Source: Botryllus schlosseri (lineage: Eukaryota). Taken from it: a stretch of DNA of 64,000 bases. The position numbers and the translations under genes were made by a program. The notes under the pieces are model-generated. The model had not been told where the DNA came from. It was given only the letters and a program-made list of their open reading frames with translations, and made no database searches. The stretch lies in NCBI GenBank assembly GCA_051294905.1, contig CM119371.1, positions 4,962,001 to 5,026,000 on the forward strand, given 5' to 3'. This document shows, one piece after another, positions 1-13,439 of this stretch; the first letter of the stretch is position 1; the number at the start of each line of letters is the position of its first letter.

Positions 1-1164
1 GATGCATGTCGCAGTCACTAACGATGCCGTGTATGCCAGAGGATACTTGATTACTTGGGTGCAAGGATCGTTTTGTATCGCATGTCGTTGTTAGATCAAG
101 CTGCTAACCGATGTGGTGGGCATAGGACGTAAATGTACCTGCTATATAATTAAATTTCAGTTATAATAATAGATAACTTCAGATACTTTGCGTCATCTAA
201 GGCAGCATCTGCGACATCAAATGCAGCGCCATCGATCGATGAAAAAATGCCCATGCCAAGCCTGCGAATTGACCAATAGGCATGGTATATTTTTGGTTGA
301 TGCAGGGAACAATGTGCAATTCAGCGAACAATCTTGATGACACAGACAAGTCCCAATCGTTCATTATAGTTCGACATTTGAATGCAGTGCAAATACTTAT
401 CGCCGTGTAAAGTGCATCTGATCTCTCGTGCCCCTGGGTGTTTTCTGTAAAAAGCATGTACTGGACACATTGCATTCATGCAACTACTTGTATATGAATT
501 GTGAATGATTGTACTCACATCTTCAATTGCTTCAGATTTTGTGAAATTGGTAACGGAATAAACAAACTTTTTGTAGCAAAATATGACGGTTTCTTTATGT
601 AGAAAACGAAAGAGGGGCAGGGAGTCAGATTATCTACGTTTGCATCACTGATGGGCTTGGGCGATGGAGATGCGAAGAAACTGCACGGCTATCGAGTCTG
701 CACCACGGTTTTAACTTTCCACGCAATACCATTGCGTTGATCGCCTGGCGTGGAAGCTGTGTGGACACCAGTTTTAATGTAAAGACGTTTGTCTGACCGA
801 GCAATAAGATGTACGCAGTACGCTTATACATTACTCTATCAAATATTTATCTAGATTCTAGAAAGTTCAAGGAACGTATGTTTCGGTGTTAGTTTACAAC
901 GCACCGTCCCAGAGTACTTTTTCAATAGTCAGTGGGAATTAAATTCATATCTACAGCGAACAGAGAAGGTAACGCGTGTAAAGCCGTGCAAATTTTGAAC
1001 CCATCCCTAAACTACTCAATAAAGTGGTAATTTAACTTAGGCACGTGCGATAATAGTGGAAGTCGTCTATACAAACCTTGCCACCAGCAAGTTCGTATTG
1101 CAAATGAAGAAGATCTACTTGGCAATTCTCAAATTGGATGCAAAGGGCGGATTTTTATCCAACT

Positions 1165-1340
1165 AGATGTGCCAAAATCACGAACTGGCCATGATCTCGT
1201 GGCCGGCCACGATGAATTCTTATGGCCGGCCATGAAATTCACTGTGGCCGGCCACGAGACATAACGCATTTTCATGGCCGGCCACGAGATATTCGTGGCC
1301 GGCCACAAAAATATCTGTGGCCAGTAAGTGGCCACGGAAA
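1165..1340. repeat. Short GC-rich array of palindromic tggccggcca units
   Basis: About seven units of (g)tggccggccac(g); probably a MITE subterminal array. Confidence 0.6.
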
Positions 1341-1513
1341 AGCTGAGACCCCTACTGAACTTTTTTATAACACGCCTTACAGTTACAAAAATGTGATGAC
1401 AAGAAGGAGCCTAGTTCAACCCCAAAAACACATAGGTAGCATTGGCGTAGCCAGGGAGCGGCGATACCCTACTCCAAATTTCTGGAACATTTTAGCAAAA
1501 CCAATGGTAGTTT

Positions 1514-2760
1514 GGGGAGACCGGCGACAAATGTAACACGGGGCAAATGTAACAATCGACCTCACCGCTAGTAGGATGAAGAAATCGCCTTCATGTTTTG
1601 AGTGCACATGCGGTAGTTATGTCTTCTAATATACCTGAAGTTACGTTGAGCTACGACGCGAAACCCCGGAATAATTTCGAAAAAACGAAATTTCGTACCC
1701 ATGAGTAACTAGGACTTGCGTCGCCGTGAAGGCACCATCCTGACACACTAATCATGGTCGAGCGTGTCAGGGGCAATTGTAACACATTGTTACTTAGGCT
1801 ACTTACAATATCTTTTCAATGCTGAACATCTGTGTTCATATGTTGGTATAACCATTTATCTACTGCAGATGAATCTTGCAACAGCCAGAAGTTCAATACC
1901 AGAACAGACACTACCTGGTCATACCAATGATCCTCTGTCGGGACGGCCATACAGAAGTGGTGATGTGAATCTTAGGGTCCGGTTATTTCCGTGATTCTAC
2001 TACCATATCGACTTTTGGTTTGTCGACCTTCAATGGTCCCTTAAGAACTTGCCCATGACTGAATCCTCATCCCCTGACTTTGAGCATGGCCAACTTACAT
2101 TTTGTCATTTAGTGTGAACAATTTATTTTAATTTTGTACGGAACGGAAGAATACGATTAGCTTTGATGCCACACAACGTAATGTCCCCGTTTTCTACACT
2201 ATCATCGGCCCATTCAACCAAGATATTTTAACCAGGTCGGTTTTGCACCTTCGCAGGTGACCGAATGCCCAACCCATCATGCACGCTGAACTACAGCACC
2301 TAGGTAGAAAAGGCCGAATCTGTGTAGGGATATGATGGAACGAATTTGTTTCTTGTACACTTTGAGCTCATGCAGAACGAACGAAGAGTGATAATTTATT
2401 CAGATGCCAAAAATGCTATGGGGCGTAGCCTGGAAGCGTTCAAACTTATGTTTTTTAGTTTAATTCAATAGTACAATTTGTGCTCCCGTTATTGTTGTTC
2501 ATTTCGTTTGTTTTTAGTTTTAAATAATACTGTTACAATTGCCCCGCCTGGGCGTACCGCGGGGCAATTGTAACATTTGAGCAACGATTTTCGTGACCAA
2601 AAATTTCCATGATTGAATATGGACTGAGTTCCATTTAGTTTTGATATCAACTATCGAGTTGTTGTCTTCTTTATTTAAAATTTTGGAAATGAAATATCCA
2701 CGGGAAAAACACGTATTGTTAGAAAATCCATAAAGTGTTACAATTGTCCCCGGTCTCCCA
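1514..2760. mobile_element. Non-autonomous TIR element (GGGGAGACCGG termini), same family as 53998-55373
   Basis: Colinear similarity over ~1.2 kb to 53998-55373, with TIRs and subterminal ggcaaatgtaac motifs. Confidence 0.85.
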
Positions 2761-3113
2761 TACAGTATTTTGGGGAACATGAATGCAGCCTAAAAATTTT
2801 CTTCACGCTTTGCAGGATTTAGCATCCGTGCATGACTTGATTTTACTATCGGTATCACGAAAAATATTCTTCCGCAAACACCCATTATTGAATTCAGCTG
2901 CATTCTCAATTATGAGAATACAACAGTACCAGTATATACGCTAGAGTAGCCCGAGGTCGTTGGGTTCATGGCTTTGGAGCAGCCGTAAATTTAAACTGCT
3001 CCAGCTCCGGCGCTTTCTTCTATCACACATTAGGTCCGGCTCCAGCTCCGGAACTGCATTATTACAACTGCTCCGGCTCCTGCTCCGAAATTATCGAATG
3101 GGCCTGTCTATAG

Positions 3114-5287
3114 CAGGGTTGGCCAACCCGCGGGCCAAATGTGGCCCGCGAAAGGGTTTTGCGTGGCCCGCGAGGTAATTTCCTATTATATTATCGAAAA
3201 TGAATTGCTCAGATTGTGAACTTGCAATGTCAACCAAATATTACAAGTCTGACTGCGACACTTGTGATGTTGATAACTAAAATATCAGTTCCGACGCAAT
3301 AGCAGGTCCAGGGTCCAGTCAAATTTTTAGTAAATCGTTTTACATTACAATAAACTAAAGTAGTAGTGAAATTTTTCTTCACGCTTCGCGTGTTTACTTG
3401 TCACACGATTTCTTGCTCGGTACCCTAACCCCTACATCAGCGGTTCTCAACCGGGGGTCCGCGGACCCCTAGGGGTCCGCGAAGCAATTTCAGGGGGTCC
3501 GCGAGACCTCTAAATTCTTAAAATGATTGATAACCTAATTTTTATTTTATTTTTTAATTTGAGGAAGCATGATGCAGTTTCGCACCACAACTGCTAAAAC
3601 CTCATGACTCATATCATCATCATAATCGTCTGACATGAGCTATCGTAGTGTGGAAATTCATTTTCATTGCCAATCTTCCAATAACCTGCTGATGCAAACA
3701 CATTGCTGTTTAGAGACGTTTTGTTGGGGTTTGTGGTAAAAATAAAAATATGGAGATAGTGACGTCAATCAGGTTGACTTCGTAATGTCTGCGAAACCTT
3801 TTCGATTTGAAGTTGTCAGTCTCATCAAATTAGTGAACAGTCGTTTAAAATAAAAATTTACCAAGTAATTCCCTAATTTTTCCCAATGCAGGGATTGAAA
3901 CCTCGCCACGAAATCCATTTGATCCTGTGATATACATAACTACTATTTGAAGATCTTCTTGGAGGTACAGAAATTCAATATACAATTGAATAGTATATTC
4001 ATATTGAAATGAACCCGGATATTTAAGGCTGACACTCGTCATAAATCGGACAATGATATACCTACCCTTAAAGCTCGGCTATCAGATTTGGCGCATTCTT
4101 ATTGCGGATGCCCTATCGACAAGGCTGTTTTTTTGATGAACAAGCAGTGTTTCGTTGCTGTCAAAGCATTGTGCTCCAACCCTGAAATCCATATCACCAG
4201 TTATATTGGTATGCAGCCTTGTCGTGTTAATGTTCAATTGTTCATGGTCGAAAATGTTTGCTCGAACAGAACAAGTCGTTTCATGACAGTCATTCTCAGG
4301 TTGGAAAACTTGGATCCATTCTTTGGCGCATAAAATTTGTCTATATACTTTTAGATTAGGATTTCACTTTGACGGTAGAAACTTTCTGTGGGCCGATCAA
4401 AATTCCGACGCGGGCCCAATCCGGCCCGCGGTGCGTATGTTGCCAGTCCCTGCGCTAGATGCTGGGCGTGATAAGTTCATAAAATATATGTTTCTTCATT
4501 TTGGTGCCATAAATGTTGCGATCACACCAAAAGTATCGTCGAAAGCGTTATGCGTTAATATTGCATTAGCCTCCATGTATCTTTGCGGAAATGGCTTTCG
4601 GCACTCCTCGTTCATATCAAAACGAAGACGCGGATTTTCAAGACACGGATTTTCAAGACACGACCACGTACTTCAAGAAATACAGCAGCAAAATTAGCTT
4701 TAAAATATTCAGAGTCTACCAATTTATACATAAATAGTATATGATATTATTTTCAAGAAAAATCAATATTTTGCTGTTTATCACAAGCCTACATTTCATA
4801 TTTGCACAAAACAGATGAAGGTTGCACCATAACAGAGCTAGAATTGAAATAAAACCTGAGGGGGTCCGCGAGGGTCCGTGACGGTCAAAAGTGGTCCGCG
4901 AAGCTAAAAAGGTTGAGAACCACTGCCCTACATAAAATGAAAAAAAAAGCCTAATTTACCCGATTGAGTCTAACTGTATTCGCAATTACGGGAGAAAGTC
5001 ATTTCGCGTTTGCGCTCGCATAATAATCGTCGACGATGAAATGTAGGTATACCAAATGATTGTCGCATATTATTGGAGACCTTCGATATCGATGTGGCCA
5101 GACGCCGAATAGTTGTGTCCTTGGAAACTGAGCCCAGCGGGCGGTATACAGTAGACCCGTAATATAGGCCTACTCAAGTAATAATATTATTGACCTAGTT
5201 TATTTATAGACTTTGAAAATTTTACCCGCTTGGCACTCGTTCGTCAATTGCATGTGCCCCTTTAGCCGAAAAGGTGGGCCATTCCTG
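3114..5287. mobile_element. hAT-Charlie-type non-autonomous element hosting nested hAT elements
   Basis: CAGGGTTGGCCAACC...GGTGGGCCATTCCTG termini; TSD gtctatag / gtctatat. Confidence 0.75.
3438..4925 (+). mobile_element. Nested hAT-Charlie element with transposase C-terminal remnant
   Basis: CAGCGGTTCTCAACC...GGTTGAGAACCACTG termini with perfect TSD ccctacat. LASMYLCGNGF..HIKTK remnant at ~4565-4630. An opposite-strand GTF2IRD2/SPIN-like remnant (FYAPKNGSKFSNLR..EQTFSTMN) lies at ~4210-4335, with a further terminus at 4452. Confidence 0.82.
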
Positions 5288-6825
5288 GTCTATATAGATT
5301 TGAGGCTATGTGAGAAAGAAATGGCCCGAGGCCATTGATGTAGGCCTACGTATAACGGACAATAGAAAGAATTGCGCAATATGGAAAGAATGGCGCAATA
5401 TAAAAAGTAATGATTTTAGTGACATCAACCACACCGAAACTTTGACTCATTTAATCGTGTTTCATAGAACTGCATATTGCACAACTGGTTATGCGCCTAT
5501 GGACTCAATCTAGTCGACGTTCGTAAGCAAGTAATTGTAGAAGTAGCGCCGCAAATTTCTGCTCAATTATGCAGAGATTGTGCTTTTAAAATATCCCACA
5601 ACAACGTGACGCGCACCGATTTATTATCTACAGCCCCGAATAGCGTGATCTTTCAAGGGAAATGCCCGAAACTCGGGATGTAATATACAAGGTTGCCCAA
5701 CTTCGACTCCCACTATCTCTTCAAGAAACTCGACTCCCACATTCCTAAAACTTCACTTAAAAAATGAAAAGCAATAGTTATATATGGTTGCAGGTTAAAT
5801 GATTTTAATGTAATATTTTACCACTAGCCTATACCACTTCTGGGTTCTATAAGAATACCGTGAAACCCATTACCAATATGGACATACCAAGAATGGCAAA
5901 TTTCGAGAATTTAACTTACTGAGACGGGCGTTGTCGGGAAATTCATACTTGAGAATCAACAGCGAATGTGGCAACGCCGTGATGCACGTTAGGTTCCCGG
6001 CATATGTCCATACTCGATAATGGTTTTCTCGATGTTGACCGGACACTGTAGTTTTGACAGGTCTCGGAATCGACAGCTTTAATTGTAATTCAAGAGCAAT
6101 GTACGACGTGCTGACCAGTTCTGCACACCTCAGAATTCCTTAACTAAACCATCTCTGGTTACGCATGAGAATAATGAGCCCAAGCAGAGTTGTAAATTGA
6201 CTTGAACTCAAGACTGAGCAGTAACACCAGAGATATATACTGGACCTGACATACCTTAGTGCAGGGACGGCAACATACGGCCTGCAGACAGTTTCGAGTC
6301 TTACATGATAGCCTAAGTGTCCCGTGTCTACCATGCATTTGCAAGCAAATAATTTCGACCATGAACATTAGTAGGACAACGCCGCGTTCCAATCTATTTG
6401 ATGCTCACGTGCAGTCTTTACAAAGCTTTTTTTATTAAAGTTTACATTTGGGTCGCGAACGCACCAGGCGATGTCGTGATAATATTTGGTAAATTTCATG
6501 CAACAGCAAAGCATTCTTCGCGCATAGTGCAGTATACACGTGACTAATGTATCGATTCATGAATCGGGCCCGTCGACTTCATAATGTTGTCCTCCCCTTC
6601 CTTAGTGTCATACAGTATAACTTCGACTTGACTCGTTGTTCGATTGGAAATGACTGAACTTGAGTCGACTGAAGACTATAAAAATTAGATGGACTCGCGA
6701 CTTGGTTACAAACCTGGTGAAAAGACAGTCAGTTGCAAAGCTTTTGGTGATTTAATTTACTACTTTATATGAATAAATTGCAAGAGACAGTTACACAATC
6801 ACACGAAGTTGCAACAAGCGTAGAT

Positions 6826-9095
6826 CTAGTCATATTCTGTTGTAGAGTCTTCAAACAGGAGTCTTTCAAAGACACAATCTGCGTATCATTGCCGAGCACC
6901 GAGACTACGATTGCACACGTATTTATGTAGCAGTTCCTATTTGTAGGCTATGAAGTTACGTTGCTGGTCGATGAAAGTCTCGGCTCCCATCAAAGGACAC
7001 AAAAACACTTTGGTGTTGTCCTGCATGATGAAGAAATACATGAAAGCTCTCCACAGGTGATCAAATATAAGTAACCTTGTATGTTTATAATCAAGTACAA
7101 GTAGAGGTAGCAGGTGGTGAAAGTAGCCGGTGATGCTACTTAAGATGCTACTACATGTAGAAGTAACTTCGTCAATCTATAATTAATTGTAAGTAGAAGT
7201 AATAGATATAAATATATACCCTACTCAGTTACAGGGCAGAAGTACTCCTGTTACTACCCAAAAGCATTTTAAGCTAAACTACTTACTTTTGATTCTTGAA
7301 AGTATAATATCACTTTCATGAGTGATATTGGCACCACAACCGAGAAAAAGTGGTGGATGTATTATGGCAATTGAACATATTTCCGTAAAATGCATCTATT
7401 GAGAATGTCATCAGTCATTTTGGGTTAGTCGCGAAGATGGGTCTCGCAATTTCGAATGTAGCAAACTGCAATTAGTTACTAAAAAGTATGCGACATCTTG
7501 ACCAAATCTACTTTTCAGAACTGCTCAACTTTACTACCTCTCAAATCTTCCTTTTCTACTTCTGCCTGATGTGGCTTCGACAATATCTGGGAATCATTAC
7601 TCCCACTCGTGATCGAGAAGAAGTAGTAAAGAGGTATGCAAGGCGAGGTGACATTTTGGTATTACTTGACAGGTAGTCGGTTAAAAAGTATTTCTAGTTT
7701 CACGAATTGCTTGAGTAGGTTTTGCCCACTTGCATTAATGTTTCAGTAATGATGATTTTAAACTACTTCTACATGACATTTTTCAGTTTTACTCACTTGG
7801 AAAATCTTTACTCGGTAAAGCACATTTCCTTTTTCAAAGTAATGGTACTTGTAATTTCAGCGTGCCTTGAAAATGGATTATAAATTGATAAATTCTCAAA
7901 ATATTTTTTGGTACCCAATAAATTTACTAACTTACAGAAGGAGCAGTTGATGTTTGCTTAGATTTAGCGCAATGTCACTTCACGTACGAAAGCACGTTCT
8001 GAGGAAGGACACACGAGAATACTCATCACATTCGTTTGGTGCGATCGATGGACATTCCTGAAATAGGATTACAATCACATGCTAGAATATCTATATGCAT
8101 CTGCAAAAACTAAAAATTTAATAATACCGAACACATCATAATGAAGAGAGAGTTTGTCAACCAGAGCTGGTAAAAATAGTTTGCGTAGTTACTCGAGTCG
8201 AACTTGGGAAAGTGATGTCCACGACAGAACAAAACTACTTCATGAAGTAAAAAATGAATGTCTAGAACAGTGGTTCTCTGTTTCAGATACCCCCCCCTTT
8301 ATGATGATGAAAAATTTCGCGCCCCCCTTATCGTTATATCACAAAATCCAACGGGGATGCTAGCAACCCCAAAAGATTGTTTGATGGCATGGAATGTTAT
8401 GACTGTTGATGAGAGAATTCAAAAACATGAAAATCGGTCTATATATAGAGAGACACATATGAATTACAGGTGAATCGCGCCGAGCGGGAAAAAAATTCAG
8501 TTGACCGCTTCTTTGCGCCCCGTCTTCAGATGCTCACACGTCCTCCCACCGGTCGAGAACCACTGGTCTCTAGAATGTAATAACAGTACCACTTTCAAAA
8601 AAGTAGATTCAGTCAAGGGTCCGTGTATGTTAATAATTCATCAAGGCCGAGTGCTTTGAAATGATTTATAGTCTATTCCCGAGTGATGCATCATAATTTA
8701 TGATTCATAACTAATGACCCTACGAATAGGCTCATGCAGAAATATATCCAGAGGTAATTCTGCCTCGTTCACACGACACTTTTGTTAAAAAAAACTACAG
8801 TAGAAGTAAAGGTCATTTAAAATCAGACCGATTGAGTAAGTACTGTGATCTTGTTTCAGCATTGTATCGCTTCTATTGCAAATCTAATCACAATGAAATT
8901 ATTCGACCAACCTTGACCAAGTACTCGCATATGTAGTTGCGGAAATACTTGAGCAAGGCTACTTTCCTGGTTAGCTTACTCCGGTCTTGTTGGAGTGTGT
9001 AGTAAGATTCTGTCATATCCCTGTCGATATATTGCGATTGTTCGTCGTTAGCGTACAGAAGCATACACCATTGCAGTTGTCATGGAATTGGTAGC
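6826..9095 (-). pseudogene. PLK1-like polo-box exons (8912-9095, 7936-8057, 6826-7020)
   Basis: GYQFHDNCNGV..LLYANDEQSQYIDRDMTESYY..KVALLKYFRNYICEYLVK; ECDEYSRVSFLRTCFRT*SDIALNLS; DNTKVFLCPLMGAETFIDQQRNFIAYK*ELLHKY. All match the PLK1 PB1/PB2 region, with stops and deletions. Confidence 0.9.
8268..8565. mobile_element. hAT MITE
   Basis: CAGTGGTTCTC...GAGAACCACTG termini; same family as 43369-43671 and ~55892-56125. Confidence 0.75.
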
Positions 9096-11447
9096 CTGGA
9101 ATTTGCATTTTGCAGTTATTTGAAGGGCTGCTATAGTAAGGAAAATATTGAAATACAAACGCTAGCATTACAAAATAGAGAATTATACAACGTATCCTTA
9201 TATCAAAGTAGTGTTGACACAATTTCTTGGTTTGTATTTATTATTAGCTTGTAGTAGTCTATAGACACGAACACCAGAGTCTGTCAACTAGAAATTTTTC
9301 ACATTATCCAAGTGGCAACAGAATTCGAGCTGCAGTTTGGTTTTTTGAATTAGCTTAGAATTGAAACTGCTGAATTCGCAAATTCCACAAAATTGAATTT
9401 AATTCCTGACAGGGTTGTAATGACTCGACTCAAGTCCGATGCAAGTGTCGATTTTCTGTTGACCCGAATTGACTCGAGCCATTATTTTTCAAGTGCGGGA
9501 AATGACTCAACTTGTACTCGATTCATTCTGAATGACTCGAACCAAGTCTTACGACTCGAGACTTGGACAGCCAAGACAGACATTTCTTTGTAACTTCGCA
9601 GAATAGTAAAGTTATCGCAATATTGGATTTCGTTAACCAGTTATAATACTTGGAAATTAGGGCCAGTTGAGACCGACGAAAATTGCTGTATTATGAATGA
9701 GAACCATTTCATATCACTCGAACAGAGTTGGAAAATATGGGTTGAACCGGATTGAACTGAAAATTTAAAAGTGAACATAATGACTCGGAATCGGACTCGA
9801 GTCAAAACACTATGACTCGGACTCGACCCTCTACTAGCTGACTTGGACTCAGGCTTGAATCGGTGATGAATTGAAAATGACTCGACTAGACTCGAGGTAA
9901 AAGTATAAAAGTAAGATTGACTTATGACTCGGTACCTTGCGATTTGGTTACAACCCTGATTCCTGATTGGATAGAAATATAAAAAATCAACTTCAGTTTC
10001 TATTAAACATTTTCGTAAGCACGAGAATGGCAAATGTCTTTACTTCAGGCTTGATTGTTTCACACGATACAATTCTCCTGTAGTAGTTTCAAGAAAACCA
10101 CAAATTCAATTGGAAAATAAGATCATATCTATGTTTTTCTTCAATTAGATTAGAACTACATTCACTGTTTTTGCAATAACTAGGAAATTTAATTTAATCA
10201 CGAATTTGAAAAAATATGACAAAAAATCTACTTGACTTCATATGAAGTCAGGGTTCATTTTCATATGCACCAGATCGGGAAATGTCTGTACGCCGAGCTT
10301 GGCTCATTTGCACTATACAGTTCTCCTGCAGCATTTTCAGCAACAGATTAGATAACAACTAATAAGAGAGCATAGAAAGTTTTGACGAGTTGGATTACTG
10401 GGTAGGGTTAGGCTACCATATTTTGAGATCCGAAAAAGAAAACTATTTACAAAAATTCTGAAATCGATAGTAACAGAAAAGAAAACGGGCAATTTCAAAA
10501 ATAGTAATAGTATTGTGTTGACTAAAAAAAGGGTCTTTTTCACAATATTGACTCGGAAAATGCCCATCGAGACGTATTTTTCGTTAATTGACTTGCATTT
10601 GGTGTGTCCGAGTACACCTTTTTGACCATATCATAAAACTTTTTATAGAAAGAGGACAAATCCCAAAATAGAGTACATTTGGGCATGCTCCGAGTACACC
10701 TTCAATTTATTGAAAAAAGCGGATAAATCATCTCAAAACAGGACATAATTATGGCAACCCTATTGCCGGCACTTCGCTCTAATTAGACACCTTTAGAGTG
10801 TTCTTGATCAAATAAACACTGTTTTTGGCATGTGTAAAAAATTAAATACGAAAAACTAAGTTACTAAATCGCCAATACACCACTTTATCGAGATGAAAAT
10901 TTACGTCTTTCGTCATATTCACAATGTAACCGAGCACATCATTACAAGGACAACACTTCCGAAGTTGTATCGTGGACACTCATTTTTAAAGTTCTAATGC
11001 TACAAAGGTTTGGAAAGTAGGACGTCCCAAATTCACATCACTTGAACGAGTGAAATTGCGATAATAGCTGTATGATATGGGGTCACATGGTTAGTGAATC
11101 GCTTTTGACGATTTTACCGATTTGTAGTGGCATTAGTCCTTTCGAGTTAATCATCGATATAGATTTCTTGTAAATGGCTGCTCACAGCTTACAATGGAAA
11201 AGACAGGTAATGCATTACTTGTACTTATGCAGTAAATCTACTTCGACCACCTACTTCCAATTAAAGTAATTTTGACCGGTCTTCGAAATGGCTACTTTTA
11301 CTTGTACTCAAGTAGAAAATTACTTGTAGTCAAGAAGACACGCAAAGTACTTTATTCACCTTTGTGTTTATCGAAATAGATTTCAAGCTCCTTTTATCAG
11401 TACAGCGTATATATCCAGACTTCGGTACGATTCTAAATTACCCTTAC

Positions 11448-12059
11448 CGAATTCACGTTATCCGTATAATCCACCCATTTGCTTTCCAACATCATTGGAG
11501 CCGCGTCTGGATTCCCTTCCTCACCTGTTGAAATAAATGAAGTTTTGAAACACAAAAATGCAACACAGCCAGTGTTAGCAAACTTGTTGGTAATGCCACA
11601 TACTGGCAAGAGTCGTAATTTTGAGCTATGATATATGTTGAACTCGATATGAATATGGTCTTACTAAAAGTTAAAAATTTAGTCTGCCCTTTCAATATGA
11701 TATCAGCATTGACTTGGATTTCGAGATATAGGCCGGATTATAGTGCCAATGACATTTTCAAACTGGATTTCGACAGAGAAGTTCTGATATTCTGTAATTT
11801 TCGCAACACTCATGCATTGATTAGAGTCATTATCGGATACAGATTTTAAAATATAAAATCTCTGATTTGTAGAAGTGGCCTGCCTTTTAAATAAGTCGAT
11901 TCAAAGTGATCAAATGAAAACCAACCCGTATTTATAGTAGACTTCTGTTTTGGATAGGCATATATCAATTTCTTGAGCTGAGTCTGCCATATTGAAGTCT
12001 GGTGATTCGCTAGTGCAAATGATGGTCGCCTCTGGTTTGTCACCAACAGGTTTCTGTGT
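11448..12059 (-). pseudogene. PLK1-like linker and polo-cap/PB1-start exons (11926-12059; 11448-11524)
   Basis: EEGNPDAAPMMLESKWVDYTDN resembles [23 protein letters not shown]. Mirror copies lie at 48297-48430 and 48606-48682 (+). Confidence 0.8.
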
Positions 12060-12372
12060 CTGCAACTGTAAAACAGTAAACATGATTATATTGATACAAC
12101 TGGTCGATAATAGAAATGCCTTTGTGATGAGATGTGGATAAAATTCATTTAATTTGCAAACTTGCAATAATAGTCAATTGCTATGTTTGTTGAAATTCAA
12201 AGCCACAGTTGTAATGACTCGAGTAATGACTCGACACCCGAGTTTTGATGACTCGAGTCATTTTCTCAAATTACGGATCTGAGCCGAGTAGTGAGAAATG
12301 ACTTTTTCGAGCCCCGAAATGATAAGTTTCTTGCTACTCGACAAAAATTATAGATTTGACAGCACTGTTCAC

Positions 12373-12861
12373 TAGGGTTGTTCAAAAGCAACTTTTTTTT
12401 CAGATTCCAAGGATTCACTGATTAAATTGTAAGGTTGGCTAAAAAAATGCTGCACGCCAAATTTGGCTCAATTCCAACCAGCAGAAGCCGCGACAGAGCC
12501 AAGTAAAATGTCTACAAAACGATGCAAAAGAAATTTGACACACCTCCAGCCTGTAGAAGCAAAGTGATTCTAGTTTTTCATCAATAATTATGGGATTACC
12601 CACCATCAATGCTATTTTTGCAAATCAAAAACTCTCGACAGCAATAACTTCCCATCTACCGGTTGGGAGTGAGCGAAAATGTTTATGCATCATTCTGTTA
12701 GGCAAATTAACAATTAGAAATAAGAAAATTTCAATTGGCTCTGCCGCGGCTTCTGTTGGTTGGAATCGAGCCAAAGTTGGTGAGCAGCCTATTTTTAGGC
12801 AACCTAACAATTTATTCAGTGAATTCCAGGAGTCCAAAAAGTTTATTTTTGAACAACCCTC
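12373..12861. mobile_element. Palindromic TAGGG-terminus (hATm-like) MITE
   Basis: TAGGGTTGTTCAAAA...TTTTGAACAACCCT termini with a degenerate TSD ctgttcac / ctgcccac. An orthologous, internally deleted copy lies at ~44689-44826 in the plus arm. Confidence 0.75.
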
Positions 12862-13313
12862 CTGCCCACTGTGGCAGCCGTGAAACGTCGATTGATCGTA
12901 TCAGAGCACACTGAACATGAAGTACGAAGCTACGCACGTTAATGGAAGTGAAAATTCAGTTAAGTCGTGATCTACCTAGTGTTGCAACAAAGTGCAAGCA
13001 ACTAGGTGTGGTCGAAAAAATATAATAATATATTGCAGATCGAAGAACTGGCATTATATTCTTTGTGATCACGCAAGAGCTCAGTGTCAACTTGGAAAAA
13101 TAAGCAGTTCTAATTCTTGTTGCGCATGTTCAAAATCCAGTAGTTTGTCCGAGTCCACTTTCAAGAGCTTGTAGCGCCATCGATCATTTTACGTTAGTGG
13201 TACATAATGTGAATAGTTTTATTCCCAAATTGACAAACCAATAATAAGTCGGCTCTGACTTTGACATAATTTACGAAGATTATTTACAAATGCACTACTG
13301 CATACAATGTTAC

Positions 13314-13439
13314 CTTGATATCTCTGTGAATGATTTTACAATCGTGGCGATAAACAACACCAAGCGGAATCCTTTGCGTGCGATAACGGGTCTCTGGTTC
13401 TGTGATGGAGGGTCTTCTTTTGAAAACTTCCATCAGCGA
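13314..13439 (-). pseudogene. PLK1-like exon C, second copy (retains HRDIK)
   Basis: 126-nt open exon SLMEVFKRRPSITEPETRYRTQRIPLGVVYRHDCKIIHRDIK with ag/gt boundaries. Confidence 0.88.

Noticed and set aside
11090..11210. Alternative PLK terminal exon (TNATTNR..KSSK-like), mirrored at ~48950-49060
   Set aside because: It requires several frameshifts and lies out of order; a convincing terminal exon exists at 6826-7020.
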